Source: an uncultured Victivallales bacterium (GTDB lineage: Bacteria; Verrucomicrobiota; Kiritimatiellia; UBA8416). Taken from it: 53,311 bases of DNA. Positions within the stretch are counted from its first letter, which is position 1. Every line of letters starts with the position of its first letter. Location: the NCBI GenBank assembly GCA_964583785.1, contig CAZOXS010000227.1, positions 1 through 53,311 on the forward strand, read 5' to 3'. Below, piece after piece: positions 1-9,840 of this stretch. The notes under the pieces were generated by a model. That model was not told where the DNA came from. It did not search any database and saw only the letters and a program-made list of their open reading frames with translations. The position numbers and the translations under genes were made by a program.

Positions 1-144
1 CACGGCGGCCAGGATGAACTCGAATGCGGATCGGCCCTGCAGGGCGCAGGTGCCGACCACGGTCCAGAGTCGTTCGCAGGTTTTCCGGCCCTTTTGGCTT
101 CGCGTGCCCTGGGTGATGCGCCGGTCGATAACCACGAAGCGTGA
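1..144 (-). pseudogene. C-terminal fragment of a DDE transposase (IS66/ISBst12-like tail); 5' part missing
   Basis: The minus frame reads SRFVVIDRRITQGTRSQKGRKTCERLWTVVGTCALQGRSAFEFILAAV and runs off the left edge. There is no start codon, and an in-frame TAA (148-150) lies immediately upstream. The pattern VI.R...GT.S.KG....ER..TVV.TC..QGR...EF..AA recalls the tail of IS66-family transposases, from memory only. Confidence 0.4.
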
Positions 145-145
145 A

Positions 146-1484
146 TATTAGGGACACTCTTTTTATAAGATTCTATGTGTCCGACCTCACACCATGATGA
201 CAGATGATAGAATCCCATGACGATCCAGAGCGAAGACGGGGCGAAATTCTGCCAGAAAGAACTCCTAACCCGAGATTGCAAACCTTATGTACGCGTGAAA
301 TCCAGATTAGGGCACAATCCGACCGTTTCCGGGCAGACTCCAACTGCGGATGCCCGATGGAACTGGTTATTATGCCGCCGCTAAGCCGCCTTTGGCGGCG
401 AGATAACCTCCAGGCGCAGATCGCGCATGGTACACAGGTCACCCGCTTCGGCCTTGCGCAGCGGTCTTGCCCCGCTCTTGCGCTTGAGACCGAACTGCTC
501 GCGGTTGCGCTGGAAGACATCCTCGACGAAGGTCTTGCTGCCAAGTACCACCCCATCGGAAAAATAGCGCACTCGGCAGTGCAACGCCTGCGGGAGCGTC
601 AGCTTGCCATCACTGTCGAGCACGGCACTGACTGCCTCGCGCGAGAAGCCCGCCCGGCTGGCGGTCTTTTCCCCACGCTCGAAGAGCTGCTGGCGGTATT
701 GGCCGCCGATCGCCTGCCACTGCGCCTCGTCATGCCCGTAATGGGCAAAGATGCCGCCGATCCCCTCGCGTGCCTGACGCGAACCGCCGCAGGCCTCGCC
801 GTAGCCACAGTAGCGGTAGTCCTTCGGGTCGCTGACGATCCCGGCGCGCACGGCATTAAGGTCGATATAGGCGGCCATGGTCAGCAGCGCATTATCCCAC
901 TGCCCCTCGCAGGCACGGTCCGGCTGGATCATGATGCTCTTGAACCGCTCCTCCCAGAGCGTGCCCTTGCGGCCGCGACGCTTGTTGTGCCACTGGGTAT
1001 ACTTCTGCTTGAGGGTCTTGACGTACTCGCTCAAATCATACATCCGGCACGTGTAGCGTGCCTTGACCAGCTCGGCAGCCGCATCCTCGCCGGCCTCGCG
1101 GTAGCCCCTGATCCAATCGGTGATGCGCCCTACCTGGTCTGCATCATACAGGAAGCCCAGCCGACGGATTAGCTCATCGTCGCTAACCGGCTCTGGTTCA
1201 GGAACTTCGATTAAGATATGGAAATGGTTGTCGAGGATGGCGTACGTCAGCACATTCACTCCGGAAAATGCCTCCACCGCCCGCATCAGCTTGCGGAATT
1301 TCTCCTTCTCCTCGCTCCCCAGCACCATCTGGCGGTCCACCACCCGGCTCATCACATGGTAGCATGCCCGCTTGCCCGATTCCTTCAGTCTCGCCACTCG
1401 CATAATTCACCCCCCTCAATGATGCTTACCTTCATGCCACCGATACATCGCCATGTCAATTCTATTAATGGTATGTCCCTAATA
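146..1484. mobile_element. Candidate insertion cassette: Y1 transposase gene bracketed by a perfect 11-bp inverted repeat
   Basis: TATTAGGGACA at 146-156 and its reverse complement TGTCCCTAATA at 1474-1484. The flanks are AT-rich compared with the window. The left repeat starts 2 nt after the truncation point of the transposase fragment. Confidence 0.35.
381..1403 (-). CDS. HUH / Y1 tyrosine transposase, IS200/IS605 superfamily (RayT / REP-associated-like)
   Basis: 340-aa ORF with HUH motif DNHFHILIEV, GTLWEERFKS, and catalytic-Tyr helix AAYIDLNAVRAGIV. It has a long C-terminal extension, as in the large COG1943-type proteins. Confidence 0.85.
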   Translation of the reverse strand: MRVARLKESGKRACYHVMSRVVDRQMVLGSEEKEKFRKLMRAVEAFSGVNVLTYAILDNHFHILIEVPEPEPVSDDELIRRLGFLYDADQVGRITDWIRGYREAGEDAAAELVKARYTCRMYDLSEYVKTLKQKYTQWHNKRRGRKGTLWEERFKSIMIQPDRACEGQWDNALLTMAAYIDLNAVRAGIVSDPKDYRYCGYGEACGGSRQAREGIGGIFAHYGHDEAQWQAIGGQYRQQLFERGEKTASRAGFSREAVSAVLDSDGKLTLPQALHCRVRYFSDGVVLGSKTFVEDVFQRNREQFGLKRKSGARPLRKAEAGDLCTMRDLRLEVISPPKAA

Positions 1485-1542
1485 ATTTTAATAATTTTGC
1501 AGCTTTGACATCCGGTTTCATATACAACCCCGTTAATAAGCC

Positions 1543-1579
1543 AAAAAAACGCGCGCCAGTGATGAAACTGACACGCGTT
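1543..1579 (-). terminator. Rho-independent terminator downstream of rplQ
   Basis: Minus-strand RNA AACGCGUGUCAGU-UUCAUC-ACUGGCGCGCGUU forms a 13-bp stem (two G-U pairs) that runs into a U-tract (plus-strand A7 at 1543-1549). It lies about 35 nt after the rplQ stop. Confidence 0.75.
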
Positions 1580-1612
1580 CTATAGGGTTCATCCACGACC
1601 GTTGCTGGACGT

Positions 1613-2020
1613 TCAGGCATCCGCAGAGACGGCAGGAACGGCAACTTTCTTGCCAACCCACTCGAGCAGCGCCATCTCGGAACCGTCGCCTCCGCGACGT
1701 CCCAGCTTCAGGACACGGGTATAACCACCCGCACGCCCCTCGCAGAGCGGCAGGATATCGCGGAAAAGCGTATCCACCACATCCTGGCGGTGCAGCAGCG
1801 CCATCGCCTGCCGCCGTGCTGTGACGTTGGCCGCCGGTCCTGCCGCCGCCTTGCGGGCGATGGTCACCATTTTCTCGGCGGCAGACCGCGCGATCTTCGC
1901 CTTCTGAACCGTCGTCGTGATGCGACGCTCCTTGATCAGATTGCCTACCAGTCCCTCCACAAGCGCCTTGCGATGTGAAGAACTCCGTCCAAGTTTTTTC
2001 CTAACTGCGCGATGCCGCAT
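1613..2020 (-). CDS. rplQ: 50S ribosomal protein L17
   Basis: MRHRAVRKKLGRSSSHRKAL... is a canonical L17 N-terminus. The gene follows rpoA. Confidence 0.97.
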   Translation of the reverse strand: MRHRAVRKKLGRSSSHRKALVEGLVGNLIKERRITTTVQKAKIARSAAEKMVTIARKAAAGPAANVTARRQAMALLHRQDVVDTLFRDILPLCEGRAGGYTRVLKLGRRGGDGSEMALLEWVGKKVAVPAVSADA

Positions 2021-2041
2021 AGCCCGCCCCCATTCCTACAA

Positions 2042-3031
2042 TTATTTTCCAAGTAAATCAGTATCAATCGCCACGCCAAGGCCAAGGCCCAGCTCCTCGA
2101 GTTTAGCCTTGATCTCATTCAGCGACTTCTTGCCGAAGTTGCGGTACTTGAGCATATCCGCCTCGGTCTTCATCGCCAATTCGCCAACAGTCGTGATATT
2201 CGCATTGTTCAGGCAGTTCGCCGCCCGCACACTCAACTCGATCTCGTTGACACTCATCGCCAGTTTCTGGCGCAGCTCCTCGCGCTGCGAGTTCTCCTCC
2301 TTGACGTTCTCTTCGAACTCGATTTCCTGCTTGTCGTAATCGACAAACACATCGAGGTGGTGCCTGAGGATCGCCGCCGAGAGCTTTAACGCCGCATCCG
2401 GGGTGACCCGCCCGTCCGTCCATACGTCAAGCACGAGCTTGTCGTAGTCCGTACGCTGCCCGACACGCGTGTTGCCCGTCGTGAAGTTCACGCGGCGTAC
2501 AGGAGAGAACGCCGCATCGATCAGGATGCGCCCGATTTCCTGCTGCGGCGCCTTGTTCCACTCCGCCGGACGGTAACCACGCCCGACTTCGAACTCAAGC
2601 GTCATCTCCAGGGTGATGGAATCGGAGATTGTCGCGATGTGCAGATCCGGATTCAGTATCTGGCCGTAATCGCCCAGGTCGAAATCGCCAGCCTTGATCT
2701 CACCGGGTCCCTTGACTGAAACCTGGACCGTACGCGGCTCGCGGATATCCGTCTTCACCAGCACCTGCTTGAGGTTGATGATGATATCGGTGACATCCTC
2801 GAGCACACCTTCGATCGCGCAGAACTCATGGTCGGCACCCTCGATACGCACGGCGGTGATGGCCGCCCCCTCGATCGAGGAGAGCATCACACGGCGCAGC
2901 GAGTTGCCGATCGTGCGTGCATAACCGATTTCGAACGGCTCCGCGATAAACTGCGCGTACAGGTTCGTGGCCGTCTTCTCATCCTTCACAACCCGCTTGG
3001 GCATCTCAAATCTGCTTACTCTTATGGGCAT
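2042..3031 (-). CDS. rpoA: DNA-directed RNA polymerase alpha subunit
   Basis: 329 aa. Contains GNSLRRVMLSSIEGAAITAV and the C-terminal HhH ELSVRAANCLNNANI. ATG at 3031. Confidence 0.97.
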   Translation of the reverse strand: MPIRVSRFEMPKRVVKDEKTATNLYAQFIAEPFEIGYARTIGNSLRRVMLSSIEGAAITAVRIEGADHEFCAIEGVLEDVTDIIINLKQVLVKTDIREPRTVQVSVKGPGEIKAGDFDLGDYGQILNPDLHIATISDSITLEMTLEFEVGRGYRPAEWNKAPQQEIGRILIDAAFSPVRRVNFTTGNTRVGQRTDYDKLVLDVWTDGRVTPDAALKLSAAILRHHLDVFVDYDKQEIEFEENVKEENSQREELRQKLAMSVNEIELSVRAANCLNNANITTVGELAMKTEADMLKYRNFGKKSLNEIKAKLEELGLGLGVAIDTDLLGK

Positions 3032-3111
3032 CGCTATTCCTTTTGATTGCTTGGCCGCTATATCGGGGCGGACCGTTTCATTCTAATACCAAAACAACAC
3101 TTGAACGGCGT

Positions 3112-3597
3112 TTAAACGCGCCGGCGTTTACGAGCACGGCAACCGTTGTGGGCGATCGGCGTCACATCGACGATCAAGGAAACACCCAGACCGGCCGACT
3201 GCAACCCGCGAACAGCGGATTCCCGCCCGGCACCGGCTCCCTGTAGACGCACTTCAACCTCATGCATGCCCTTGGCGGCCGCCGCACGGCCTGCCTCCTG
3301 CGCCACCATAGTCGCCGCAAACGCGGTGCTCTTGCGCGAGCCCTTGAACCCGGCACGTCCCGCACTGCTCCAGGAAATCACCCCGCCCTTCGGATCGGTA
3401 ATCGCCACCTGCGTATTGTTGAAACTCGCCTTGACATGCGCAACGCCCACCGGAATGCTGCGTCCGCCACGAATCTTCTTGCGCACGACCGGGGCTTCCG
3501 CCTCCGCCACGCTATTGCCAAGAATGTCCGCCGCTGTCTCTTTCGGCGCGTCCTGCACTGCCGCCTCGTCCTGCTTGATATCCGTATCTTCGGCCAT
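3112..3597 (-). CDS. rpsK: 30S ribosomal protein S11 with an N-terminal extension of about 35 aa
   Basis: The core GVAHVKASFNNTQVAITD...GFKGSRKST is S11. The ATG at 3597 is preceded by AAGGAGAG. Confidence 0.93.
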   Translation of the reverse strand: MAEDTDIKQDEAAVQDAPKETAADILGNSVAEAEAPVVRKKIRGGRSIPVGVAHVKASFNNTQVAITDPKGGVISWSSAGRAGFKGSRKSTAFAATMVAQEAGRAAAAKGMHEVEVRLQGAGAGRESAVRGLQSAGLGVSLIVDVTPIAHNGCRARKRRRV

Positions 3598-3637
3598 ACC
3601 ATCTCTCCTTAAAAAGCACTAGAATTCTTGAGAACCG

Positions 3638-4033
3638 CTATTTCTTCGCGGCAGCGCGCGCTTCCTTGCCACGCACGGCACCAACCGTCCGCCGCGGTCC
3701 CTTGCGTGTCCGCGCATTCGTGCTGGTCCGCTGGCCACGTACGGGCAGACCGCGACGATGACGAATTCCGCGGTAGCTGCCGACACTGATCAGGCGGCGG
3801 ATATTCGAGGTTACCTCGCGACGCAGATCACCCTCCACACGATACCCGGCCTGGATGACTTCGATCAGCGAACGCAGCTCGTCGGAGGTCAGATCATCTG
3901 CCTTCTTCGCCGGATCCAGCTTCGCCTTCGCAAGAATCTCCACCGACTTCGCCGGCCCGATCCCGTAAATGTAACGCAGCGCGTACTCAATACGCTTGCG
4001 CCCCGGTATATCCACACCTAATACTCTCGGCAT
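3638..4033 (-). CDS. rpsM: 30S ribosomal protein S13
   Basis: [26 protein letters not shown]. The ATG at 4033 is preceded by AAGGAG, so the longer ORF to 4060 is rejected. Confidence 0.95.
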   Translation of the reverse strand: MPRVLGVDIPGRKRIEYALRYIYGIGPAKSVEILAKAKLDPAKKADDLTSDELRSLIEVIQAGYRVEGDLRREVTSNIRRLISVGSYRGIRHRRGLPVRGQRTSTNARTRKGPRRTVGAVRGKEARAAAKK

Positions 4034-4114
4034 TCCAATCTCCTTAACGCATTCACACACCGACCCGGCACATCGCCGTCCCGGCCACGCCCGCCAACTG
4101 CGGACACATTCAAA

Positions 4115-4228
4115 CTAGCCCTGCCGCTGCTTATGCCGCGGATTCGTGCAGATCACCCGCACCACACCCTTGCGCCGGATGACCCGGCACTGTTCACACA
4201 TACGCCTGACTGATGTTCTGACCTTCAT
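4115..4228 (-). CDS. rpmJ: 50S ribosomal protein L36
   Basis: Hand translation gives [37 protein letters not shown]. It is too short for the ORF track. Confidence 0.93.
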   Translation of the reverse strand: MKVRTSVRRMCEQCRVIRRKGVVRVICTNPRHKQRQG

Positions 4229-4297
4229 CGCTATTCCTCGGAAAATTTAAAATGCTCCACACCTTACACATAACCTGACGGAAAGTCCAATAAAAAA

Positions 4298-5041
4298 CTA
4301 CACCGTCAAAATCTCAGGCCCCGCGCTACTGATCGCCACCGTATGCTCAAAATGAGCCGAGGGCATGCGATCTCGCGTCCGGACCGTCCAACCATCCTCC
4401 ATCACCTTCACTGCGGCCTTGCCCATGTTCACCATCGGCTCGATCGCCAACGTCATCCCCGGCCGTAGCAAGCCCCCTTTGCCCGGTTTCCCGTAATTGG
4501 GAACCTGCGGATCCTCATGCAATTCGCGACCAATGCCGTGACCCACAAAGTCCCGCACCACGGTAAACCCGGCTTTTTCAACCGTCCTTTGCACCGCATG
4601 CGAGATATCGGATACCCGATTGCCGCAAACCGCCTGTTCAACCCCTGCCCGCAACGCCTGCTCCGTGACCCTGACCAGCCGAATCCACTCCGGATCGGTC
4701 ACACCGACCATCACGGTCGTTGCCGTATCCCCATAAAACCCGTCTATCAGCACCCCGATATCCAGACTGACCAGATCGCCGATCTCAACCCGTCGCCCCC
4801 CTGGGATCCCATGGACAACTTCCTCATTCACCGACACACAGATCGTACCCGGAAAACCCTGGTACCCCAGGAACGCGCATTCCCCCCCTGCCTTGCGAAT
4901 CAACTCCGCCGCATACGCGCCGATCTCTTGAGTCGTCAATCCAGGGCGTATCCACCCCGCAACCTCATCCCTGACGCGGGCCGCCAGACGATTGCTGACA
5001 CGCATCCGCTTCAAATCATCCTCGGTCTTGATCACAACCAT
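4298..5041 (-). CDS. map: Type I methionine aminopeptidase
   Basis: 247 aa with HGIPG, D..SLD.G, HGIG and EPM metal-ligand motifs. Located after secY. Confidence 0.95.
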   Translation of the reverse strand: MVVIKTEDDLKRMRVSNRLAARVRDEVAGWIRPGLTTQEIGAYAAELIRKAGGECAFLGYQGFPGTICVSVNEEVVHGIPGGRRVEIGDLVSLDIGVLIDGFYGDTATTVMVGVTDPEWIRLVRVTEQALRAGVEQAVCGNRVSDISHAVQRTVEKAGFTVVRDFVGHGIGRELHEDPQVPNYGKPGKGGLLRPGMTLAIEPMVNMGKAAVKVMEDGWTVRTRDRMPSAHFEHTVAISSAGPEILTV

Positions 5042-5086
5042 AACCGTTCAAGCCTTCCCGGTGCCGACACGCACTGGCCGGTACTC

Positions 5087-6439
5087 TCAGCCACGCCGGC
5101 CACGGATCCTACCCCGCTTCATGAATCCGTCATAGTTGCGCATCACCAGATGCGACTCGATCTGCCGCACCGTATCGAGCGTAACACCCACGATAATCAG
5201 CAGACTGGTACCACCCATGAAATGCGCCACGATCGGCGGCACGTCAAAATTCTGCGATAGCACGCCGGGAAGCACCGCAATCGCCGTCAGGAACAAGGCA
5301 CCGACCAGCGTCAGTCGCGTCATCGTCATATCCAGGAAATCGGCGGTGGGGCGACCCGGGCGGATGCCGGGAATGTAACCGCCGCTCTTTTTCAGGTCAT
5401 CGGCGATCTGCAGCGGGTTAAACTGCGTCGCCACCCAGAAATAGGAGAAAAAGAGGATCATCGCGCCGAAGATAGTCAGGTACAGGATTGATCCGGTCTG
5501 CAACATCATTCCGATCTGGCGCGTCTTCTCGATTTTCATCAGGATCGCCGCCGGAAACACCAGGATCGCCGAGGCGAAGATGATCGGCATGACGCCTGAA
5601 TAGTTGATGCGCAGCGGCATGTACGTGTTCTGCCCGCCATACACCTTCTTGCCGACCACGCGGCGTGTCGTGTGGATCGGGATCTTGCGCAAAGCCTCGG
5701 TAAGCGCGACCGTGCCCGCCGTCACCAGGAACACCATCGCCACCAGGCCGATCGCCTCGAACGGGCCGAACAGCGCCTCGCCACCAGCGCCGCTGAACAG
5801 GTTGGCGGCAGCAACGACCGCCGCCGGAAGGCCGCTGAGGATGTTGATCGTGATCACGATCGAGATGCCATTGCCGATGCCGCGCTCGGTGATCTGTTCA
5901 CCCAGCCACATCAACAACATGGTGCCGGTCGTCGTGGTCAGCACGGTCAGCAGACGGAAGCCCCAGCCGCTCATCTCAGGCGAGACGATCTGGTCCCCGC
6001 CAGGTAAGCCGCCAAACCCTTTTTCCAGCGTCAGCGCCAGCAAGAAGCCTTGGACCAGGCAGATGACCAGTGTCAGGTAACGGGTATACTGCGTGATCTT
6101 TGCCCGCCCCGTGTCGCCTTCTCGCGCCAGCCGTTCCAACTGCGGGATAACCGCCGTCATCAACTGGATGATGATCGACGCGCTGATATAAGGCATGATG
6201 CCCAGCGCACCGACCGCCGCGCGTCCCAATGCACCCCCGCTGAACAGGTCAATCATGCCCATGATGCCGCCACCGGCCTGTTCGGCCAGCGCGTCGATCA
6301 CCCGCTGCAGGGCCGCCGCATTCACACCGGGTGATGGCACCAGGGCAATCAACCGGCAAATGAAGATCAGCCCCAGCGTGAACAGGATACGCTGCCGCAG
6401 CTCGGGAATCTTGAACGCATTGAGAAACGCTTTAAGCAT
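5087..6439 (-). CDS. secY: Preprotein translocase subunit SecY
   Basis: Multi-TM protein starting MLKAFLNAFKIPELRQRILFTL. The ATG at 6439 avoids overlap with rplO. Confidence 0.95.
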   Translation of the reverse strand: MLKAFLNAFKIPELRQRILFTLGLIFICRLIALVPSPGVNAAALQRVIDALAEQAGGGIMGMIDLFSGGALGRAAVGALGIMPYISASIIIQLMTAVIPQLERLAREGDTGRAKITQYTRYLTLVICLVQGFLLALTLEKGFGGLPGGDQIVSPEMSGWGFRLLTVLTTTTGTMLLMWLGEQITERGIGNGISIVITINILSGLPAAVVAAANLFSGAGGEALFGPFEAIGLVAMVFLVTAGTVALTEALRKIPIHTTRRVVGKKVYGGQNTYMPLRINYSGVMPIIFASAILVFPAAILMKIEKTRQIGMMLQTGSILYLTIFGAMILFFSYFWVATQFNPLQIADDLKKSGGYIPGIRPGRPTADFLDMTMTRLTLVGALFLTAIAVLPGVLSQNFDVPPIVAHFMGGTSLLIIVGVTLDTVRQIESHLVMRNYDGFMKRGRIRGRRG

Positions 6440-6444
6440 AACGC

Positions 6445-6885
6445 CTACACCACCTCGCACACACCGCCAGCGGCTTCAATTTTGGTCTTCGCGCTAGCGC
6501 TGAACGCCTGCGCCTTGACCGTGAGTTTCCTGTCGATCTCGCCACGCGCCAGGATCTTGATGCCATCGGAGTTGCCGTTGGCCAATCCAGCCTTGCGCAT
6601 CGCGTCCGGGTCAACAACCGAGCCGTCCTCGAAACGCGACAAACTTGACAGGTTAACGCCGATATACTCGATCCGCGTAGGATTCTTGAAGCCGCGCTTC
6701 GGCAGCCGGCGAATCAACGGCATCTGGCCGCCCTCGAACGCCAGTTTATGCTTGTGACCCTTGCGGGCCATCTGGCCCTTGTGGCCCTTGCCGCTGGTCT
6801 TGCCCTTGCCCGAGGCCATGCCGCGCCCGAGCCGCTTGCGCCGGTGCTTCGCGCCCGGCGTGTTCGTCAGTGAATGCAAATCCAT
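6445..6885 (-). CDS. rplO: 50S ribosomal protein L15
   Basis: MDLHSLTNTPGAKHRRKRLGRG..GKTSGKGHKGQ. The ATG at 6885 is preceded by GGAGG. Confidence 0.95.
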   Translation of the reverse strand: MDLHSLTNTPGAKHRRKRLGRGMASGKGKTSGKGHKGQMARKGHKHKLAFEGGQMPLIRRLPKRGFKNPTRIEYIGVNLSSLSRFEDGSVVDPDAMRKAGLANGNSDGIKILARGEIDRKLTVKAQAFSASAKTKIEAAGGVCEVV

Positions 6886-6917
6886 TTTCAATCCTCCGCC
6901 CAACGGGCTACCTGCTA

Positions 6918-7412
6918 TCAGAGTGCCAGGCCGCGCACCCTGGAAATCTCGTTTCTCGAGCGCAATTGATCCAGTGCATCAACCGTCGCCTTGACCACAT
7001 TGACCTTGTTGTTGCTGCCCAGCGACTTCGCCAGGACATCCCGGTAACCGGCAACCTCAAGCACCGCCCGCACGCCGCCACCCGCGATGACACCGGTTCC
7101 CGGTGCCGCCGGACGCAACAGGACGCGACCGCCATCGAACTCGCCGATCACCTCGTGCGGGATCGTCTTTTCGCGCATCGTGACCTCGAACATCGCCTTG
7201 CGGGCGATCTCGCCGCCCTTGGTGATCGCATCGGCCACTTCATTGGCCTTGCCGAAACCGTATCCGATCCGGCCGTCGCGATCACCGACAACCACGATGG
7301 CACTGAAACTGAACCGACGACCACCCTTGACGACCTTGGAACACCGGTTGACGAACACAACGCGCTCCTCCAACATCCCAGGCGCGTTTTCCTTGACATC
7401 CGCTTTGCTCAC
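6918..7412 (-). CDS. rpsE: 30S ribosomal protein S5
   Basis: Contains [28 protein letters not shown]. The GTG start overlaps the rplR stop (GTGA). Confidence 0.95.
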   Translation of the reverse strand: MSKADVKENAPGMLEERVVFVNRCSKVVKGGRRFSFSAIVVVGDRDGRIGYGFGKANEVADAITKGGEIARKAMFEVTMREKTIPHEVIGEFDGGRVLLRPAAPGTGVIAGGGVRAVLEVAGYRDVLAKSLGSNNKVNVVKATVDALDQLRSRNEISRVRGLAL

Positions 7413-7768
7413 TTAGCCTCCTTCACATTCGTCAACCCCGCCTCCAGCACGCCGTCGACAATTGCCTTGACGCGCCCGTGGAAGCGATAGCCGCCACGAT
7501 CGACGACAAATCGCCCCAGGCCCTTGGCACTTGCCGCCTCGCCGAGCCGCTTACCCAGTGCCTGCGCCGTCTCCACACGGGGATTCCCGTCCTGCAGACT
7601 GCTGGCGGAAGCCAGTGTCACCCCGGCATCATCATCGATCAACTGTGCGTACATGTGCCGCGTCGAAATCATCATCGACAACCGCGGGCATACCGCACTC
7701 CCTTTGACCTTCGCACGAACGCGCTTGTGACGCTGCGCCCGCAACTCTTTCCGTGTCTTCACTTTCAT
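7409..7768 (-). CDS. rplR: 50S ribosomal protein L18
   Basis: [21 protein letters not shown]. The ATG at 7768 is preceded by AAGGA. The track start at 7774 is a TTG. Confidence 0.95.
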   Translation of the reverse strand: MKVKTRKELRAQRHKRVRAKVKGSAVCPRLSMMISTRHMYAQLIDDDAGVTLASASSLQDGNPRVETAQALGKRLGEAASAKGLGRFVVDRGGYRFHGRVKAIVDGVLEAGLTNVKEAK

Positions 7769-7789
7769 GCTCAATCCTTACCTGATGTA

Positions 7790-8320
7790 CTAGGAAACGG
7801 TCTTGCCAACCTTGCGCCGGACCTTCTCACCCTTGTAACGCACCCCTTTGCCCTTGTAGGGCTCCGCCGGGTAGAACGAACGTATCCGCGCCGCCACTTC
7901 ACCGACCTGCTGCTTGTCCGCGCCGCTGACGACCAGGGCGGTGTTGTTGTTCACCGCGACGGTTACCATATCCGGGACCGTGTACTCCACCGGGGAGGCA
8001 AACCCAAGCGAAAGGCTCAGCGTCTTGCCGCTGAGTGCCGCCCGGAAGCCAACGCCCTGGATCTCCAGCTCCTTGGTGTAGCCCGTGTTCACGCCCTCGA
8101 TCAGATTGGCCACGAGACTGCGCGACAACCCGTGAAAGGCCTTCTGTGAATCGTTCGAGCGACTGATCTTCAGCTCGGCACCTTCCTGGGCCGCCTGGAT
8201 ACCCTTCGGCAACGTCAGCGAAAGCGTTCCTTTCGGACCGGTGGCCTCCACGAGCGCACCGTTGATCGTGAGCTTCACGCCCCCCGGAACCGCAATCGGC
8301 TTCTCTCCAATTCTCGACAT
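7790..8320 (-). CDS. rplF: 50S ribosomal protein L6
   Basis: MSRIGEKPIAVPGGVKLTING...; 176 aa. Confidence 0.96.
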   Translation of the reverse strand: MSRIGEKPIAVPGGVKLTINGALVEATGPKGTLSLTLPKGIQAAQEGAELKISRSNDSQKAFHGLSRSLVANLIEGVNTGYTKELEIQGVGFRAALSGKTLSLSLGFASPVEYTVPDMVTVAVNNNTALVVSGADKQQVGEVAARIRSFYPAEPYKGKGVRYKGEKVRRKVGKTVS

Positions 8321-8337
8321 GACTTATCCCCCGAAAA

Positions 8338-8730
8338 TCACCATACCGAGCAGAGGATTTCCCCGCCCGTGTGCTTTGCTTTTGCCTCTTTGTCAGACAT
8401 GACACCAGCCGACGTGCTCAGGATGGCTGTTCCCAGTCCATCAAGTACACGCGGTATATCCGCCGATGCGCTATAACGGCGCAAACCGGATTTACTGACA
8501 CGTTTCAACCCGCGGATCGCGGGCTCCATTCGCTCGCTGTAGCGCAGATGCACTGTCAGCGTCTTCTTCCCTTCCCCATCCATGTGGAAGTCCTTGATGT
8601 ATCCCTCGGTCTTCATGACCCGGGCGACATCCGCCTTCAACTTCGAACCAGGCATGGTCACTTGGTCCCGACCGATTGCAACCGCATTCCTGATGCGTGT
8701 CAGCATGTCCGCTATTGGATCCCCAATCAT
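8338..8730 (-). CDS. rpsH: 30S ribosomal protein S8
   Basis: MIGDPIADMLTRIRNA. The ATG at 8730 is preceded by GAGGAG, so the longer ORF to 8814 is rejected. Confidence 0.95.
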   Translation of the reverse strand: MIGDPIADMLTRIRNAVAIGRDQVTMPGSKLKADVARVMKTEGYIKDFHMDGEGKKTLTVHLRYSERMEPAIRGLKRVSKSGLRRYSASADIPRVLDGLGTAILSTSAGVMSDKEAKAKHTGGEILCSVW

Positions 8731-8744
8731 ATCCGCTCCTCGCT

Positions 8745-8930
8745 CTACCAACTGGCCTTGATCACGCCGGGTATCTGTCCTGTGGAGGCCAGTTCCCGGA
8801 AACAGATTCGGCAAAGATGAAATTTCTGCATGTATGCCCGCGGACGACCGCAGCGCTCGCAGCGATGATAGCCGCGTGACTTGAACTTGGGCGGTCGCGC
8901 CGCCTTAACAATCAATGATGTCTTTGCCAA
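8745..8930 (-). CDS. rpsN: 30S ribosomal protein S14, short zinc-binding (type Z) form
   Basis: 61 aa with [20 protein letters not shown] (CxxC..CxxC). The TTG start is preceded by GGAGGA. Confidence 0.94.
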   Translation of the reverse strand: MAKTSLIVKAARPPKFKSRGYHRCERCGRPRAYMQKFHLCRICFRELASTGQIPGVIKASW

Positions 8931-8950
8931 TGTTCTTCCTCCGTTACTGA

Positions 8951-9484
8951 CTATGACGCGAACGGCATTCCCAGAAGCGAAAGCAGCTCGCGCGCCTCGC
9001 CGTCCGTCTTCGCCGTCGTAACAATTGTAATGTTCATCCCCTGCACCGCACCACTATGGTTCGGATCGATCTCAGGGAAAATCCCTTGCTCCTTCAGCCC
9101 CAGCGTGTAGCTGCCACGCCCGTCGAAGCCCTTTGCCGCCACCCCGCGAAAGTCGCGGATACGCGGCAGCGCCACATTGACCAGGCGGTCGAGGAAGTCG
9201 TACATTCGATCTTGGCGCAGTGTCACCTTCGCGCCGATGCTCATACCCTCGCGCAGTTTGAAGTTCGAGATGCTCTTGCGCGCCTTGGTCACGACCGGAC
9301 GCTGCCCGGTGATGGCGGTCAGATCCTCGACGACCGTCTTGAGCTTGTCCTTGTCCGCGCAGCCCATGCCCATATTCACCACGACCTTGCTCAGCCGCGG
9401 AACCATCAGCGGATTACCCAGGCCGAACTTCTCCGTCAAAGCCGGAACCGCCACTGTCTTGTATTTATCTCTCATCGTTGCCAT
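8951..9484 (-). CDS. rplE: 50S ribosomal protein L5
   Basis: Contains [14 protein letters not shown]. The ATG at 9484 is preceded by GAGG. Confidence 0.95.
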   Translation of the reverse strand: MATMRDKYKTVAVPALTEKFGLGNPLMVPRLSKVVVNMGMGCADKDKLKTVVEDLTAITGQRPVVTKARKSISNFKLREGMSIGAKVTLRQDRMYDFLDRLVNVALPRIRDFRGVAAKGFDGRGSYTLGLKEQGIFPEIDPNHSGAVQGMNITIVTTAKTDGEARELLSLLGMPFAS

Positions 9485-9498
9485 ACCGCCCTCAATCC

Positions 9499-9816
9499 TC
9501 AATCGAATACGTGGCTGCTTGCCTTGCTTTTACGAACACGCTTGCCATCGTCAGTCACCGAGCTGACGCGCACGCCCTTCTTCACCGTTGGGTCGTAAGG
9601 CATCAGGTTCGAAAGCGCGATCGCCGCCTCGCGTTCCACCATGCCTCCCTGGGGATTCTTCTCCGAGCGCTTGATGGTCGAAGTCCTGACATTCAGACCC
9701 TCCACATAAGCACGGCCCTTCTCACGATCGACCCGCAGCACACGACCGGTCTTGCCGGCATCCACGCCCGCGATCGAAACGACTTCATCACCTTTTTTTA
9801 TCCTGCAGATACTCAC
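9499..9816 (-). CDS. rplX: 50S ribosomal protein L24
   Basis: Contains [25 protein letters not shown] (KOW motif). The GTG at 9816 is preceded by GAGGGG. An alternative GTG lies at 9828. Confidence 0.9.
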   Translation of the reverse strand: MSICRIKKGDEVVSIAGVDAGKTGRVLRVDREKGRAYVEGLNVRTSTIKRSEKNPQGGMVEREAAIALSNLMPYDPTVKKGVRVSSVTDDGKRVRKSKASSHVFD

Positions 9817-9840
9817 GTGTCCCCTCACCCGCTCTTGCGT

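Noticed and set aside
169-214. 8-bp inverted repeat GATTCTAT/ATAGAATC in the left flank of the Y1 gene as an IS200/IS605-type subterminal hairpin
   Set aside because: The stem is short, the loop is 30 nt, and the context is AT-rich. There is no matching structure at the other end. It is compatible with chance.
204-1172. 322-aa plus-strand ORF
   Set aside because: It lies antisense to the well-supported Y1 transposase gene. It has low-complexity Arg/Ala/Leu composition typical of shadow ORFs in GC-rich DNA, and no recognisable motifs.
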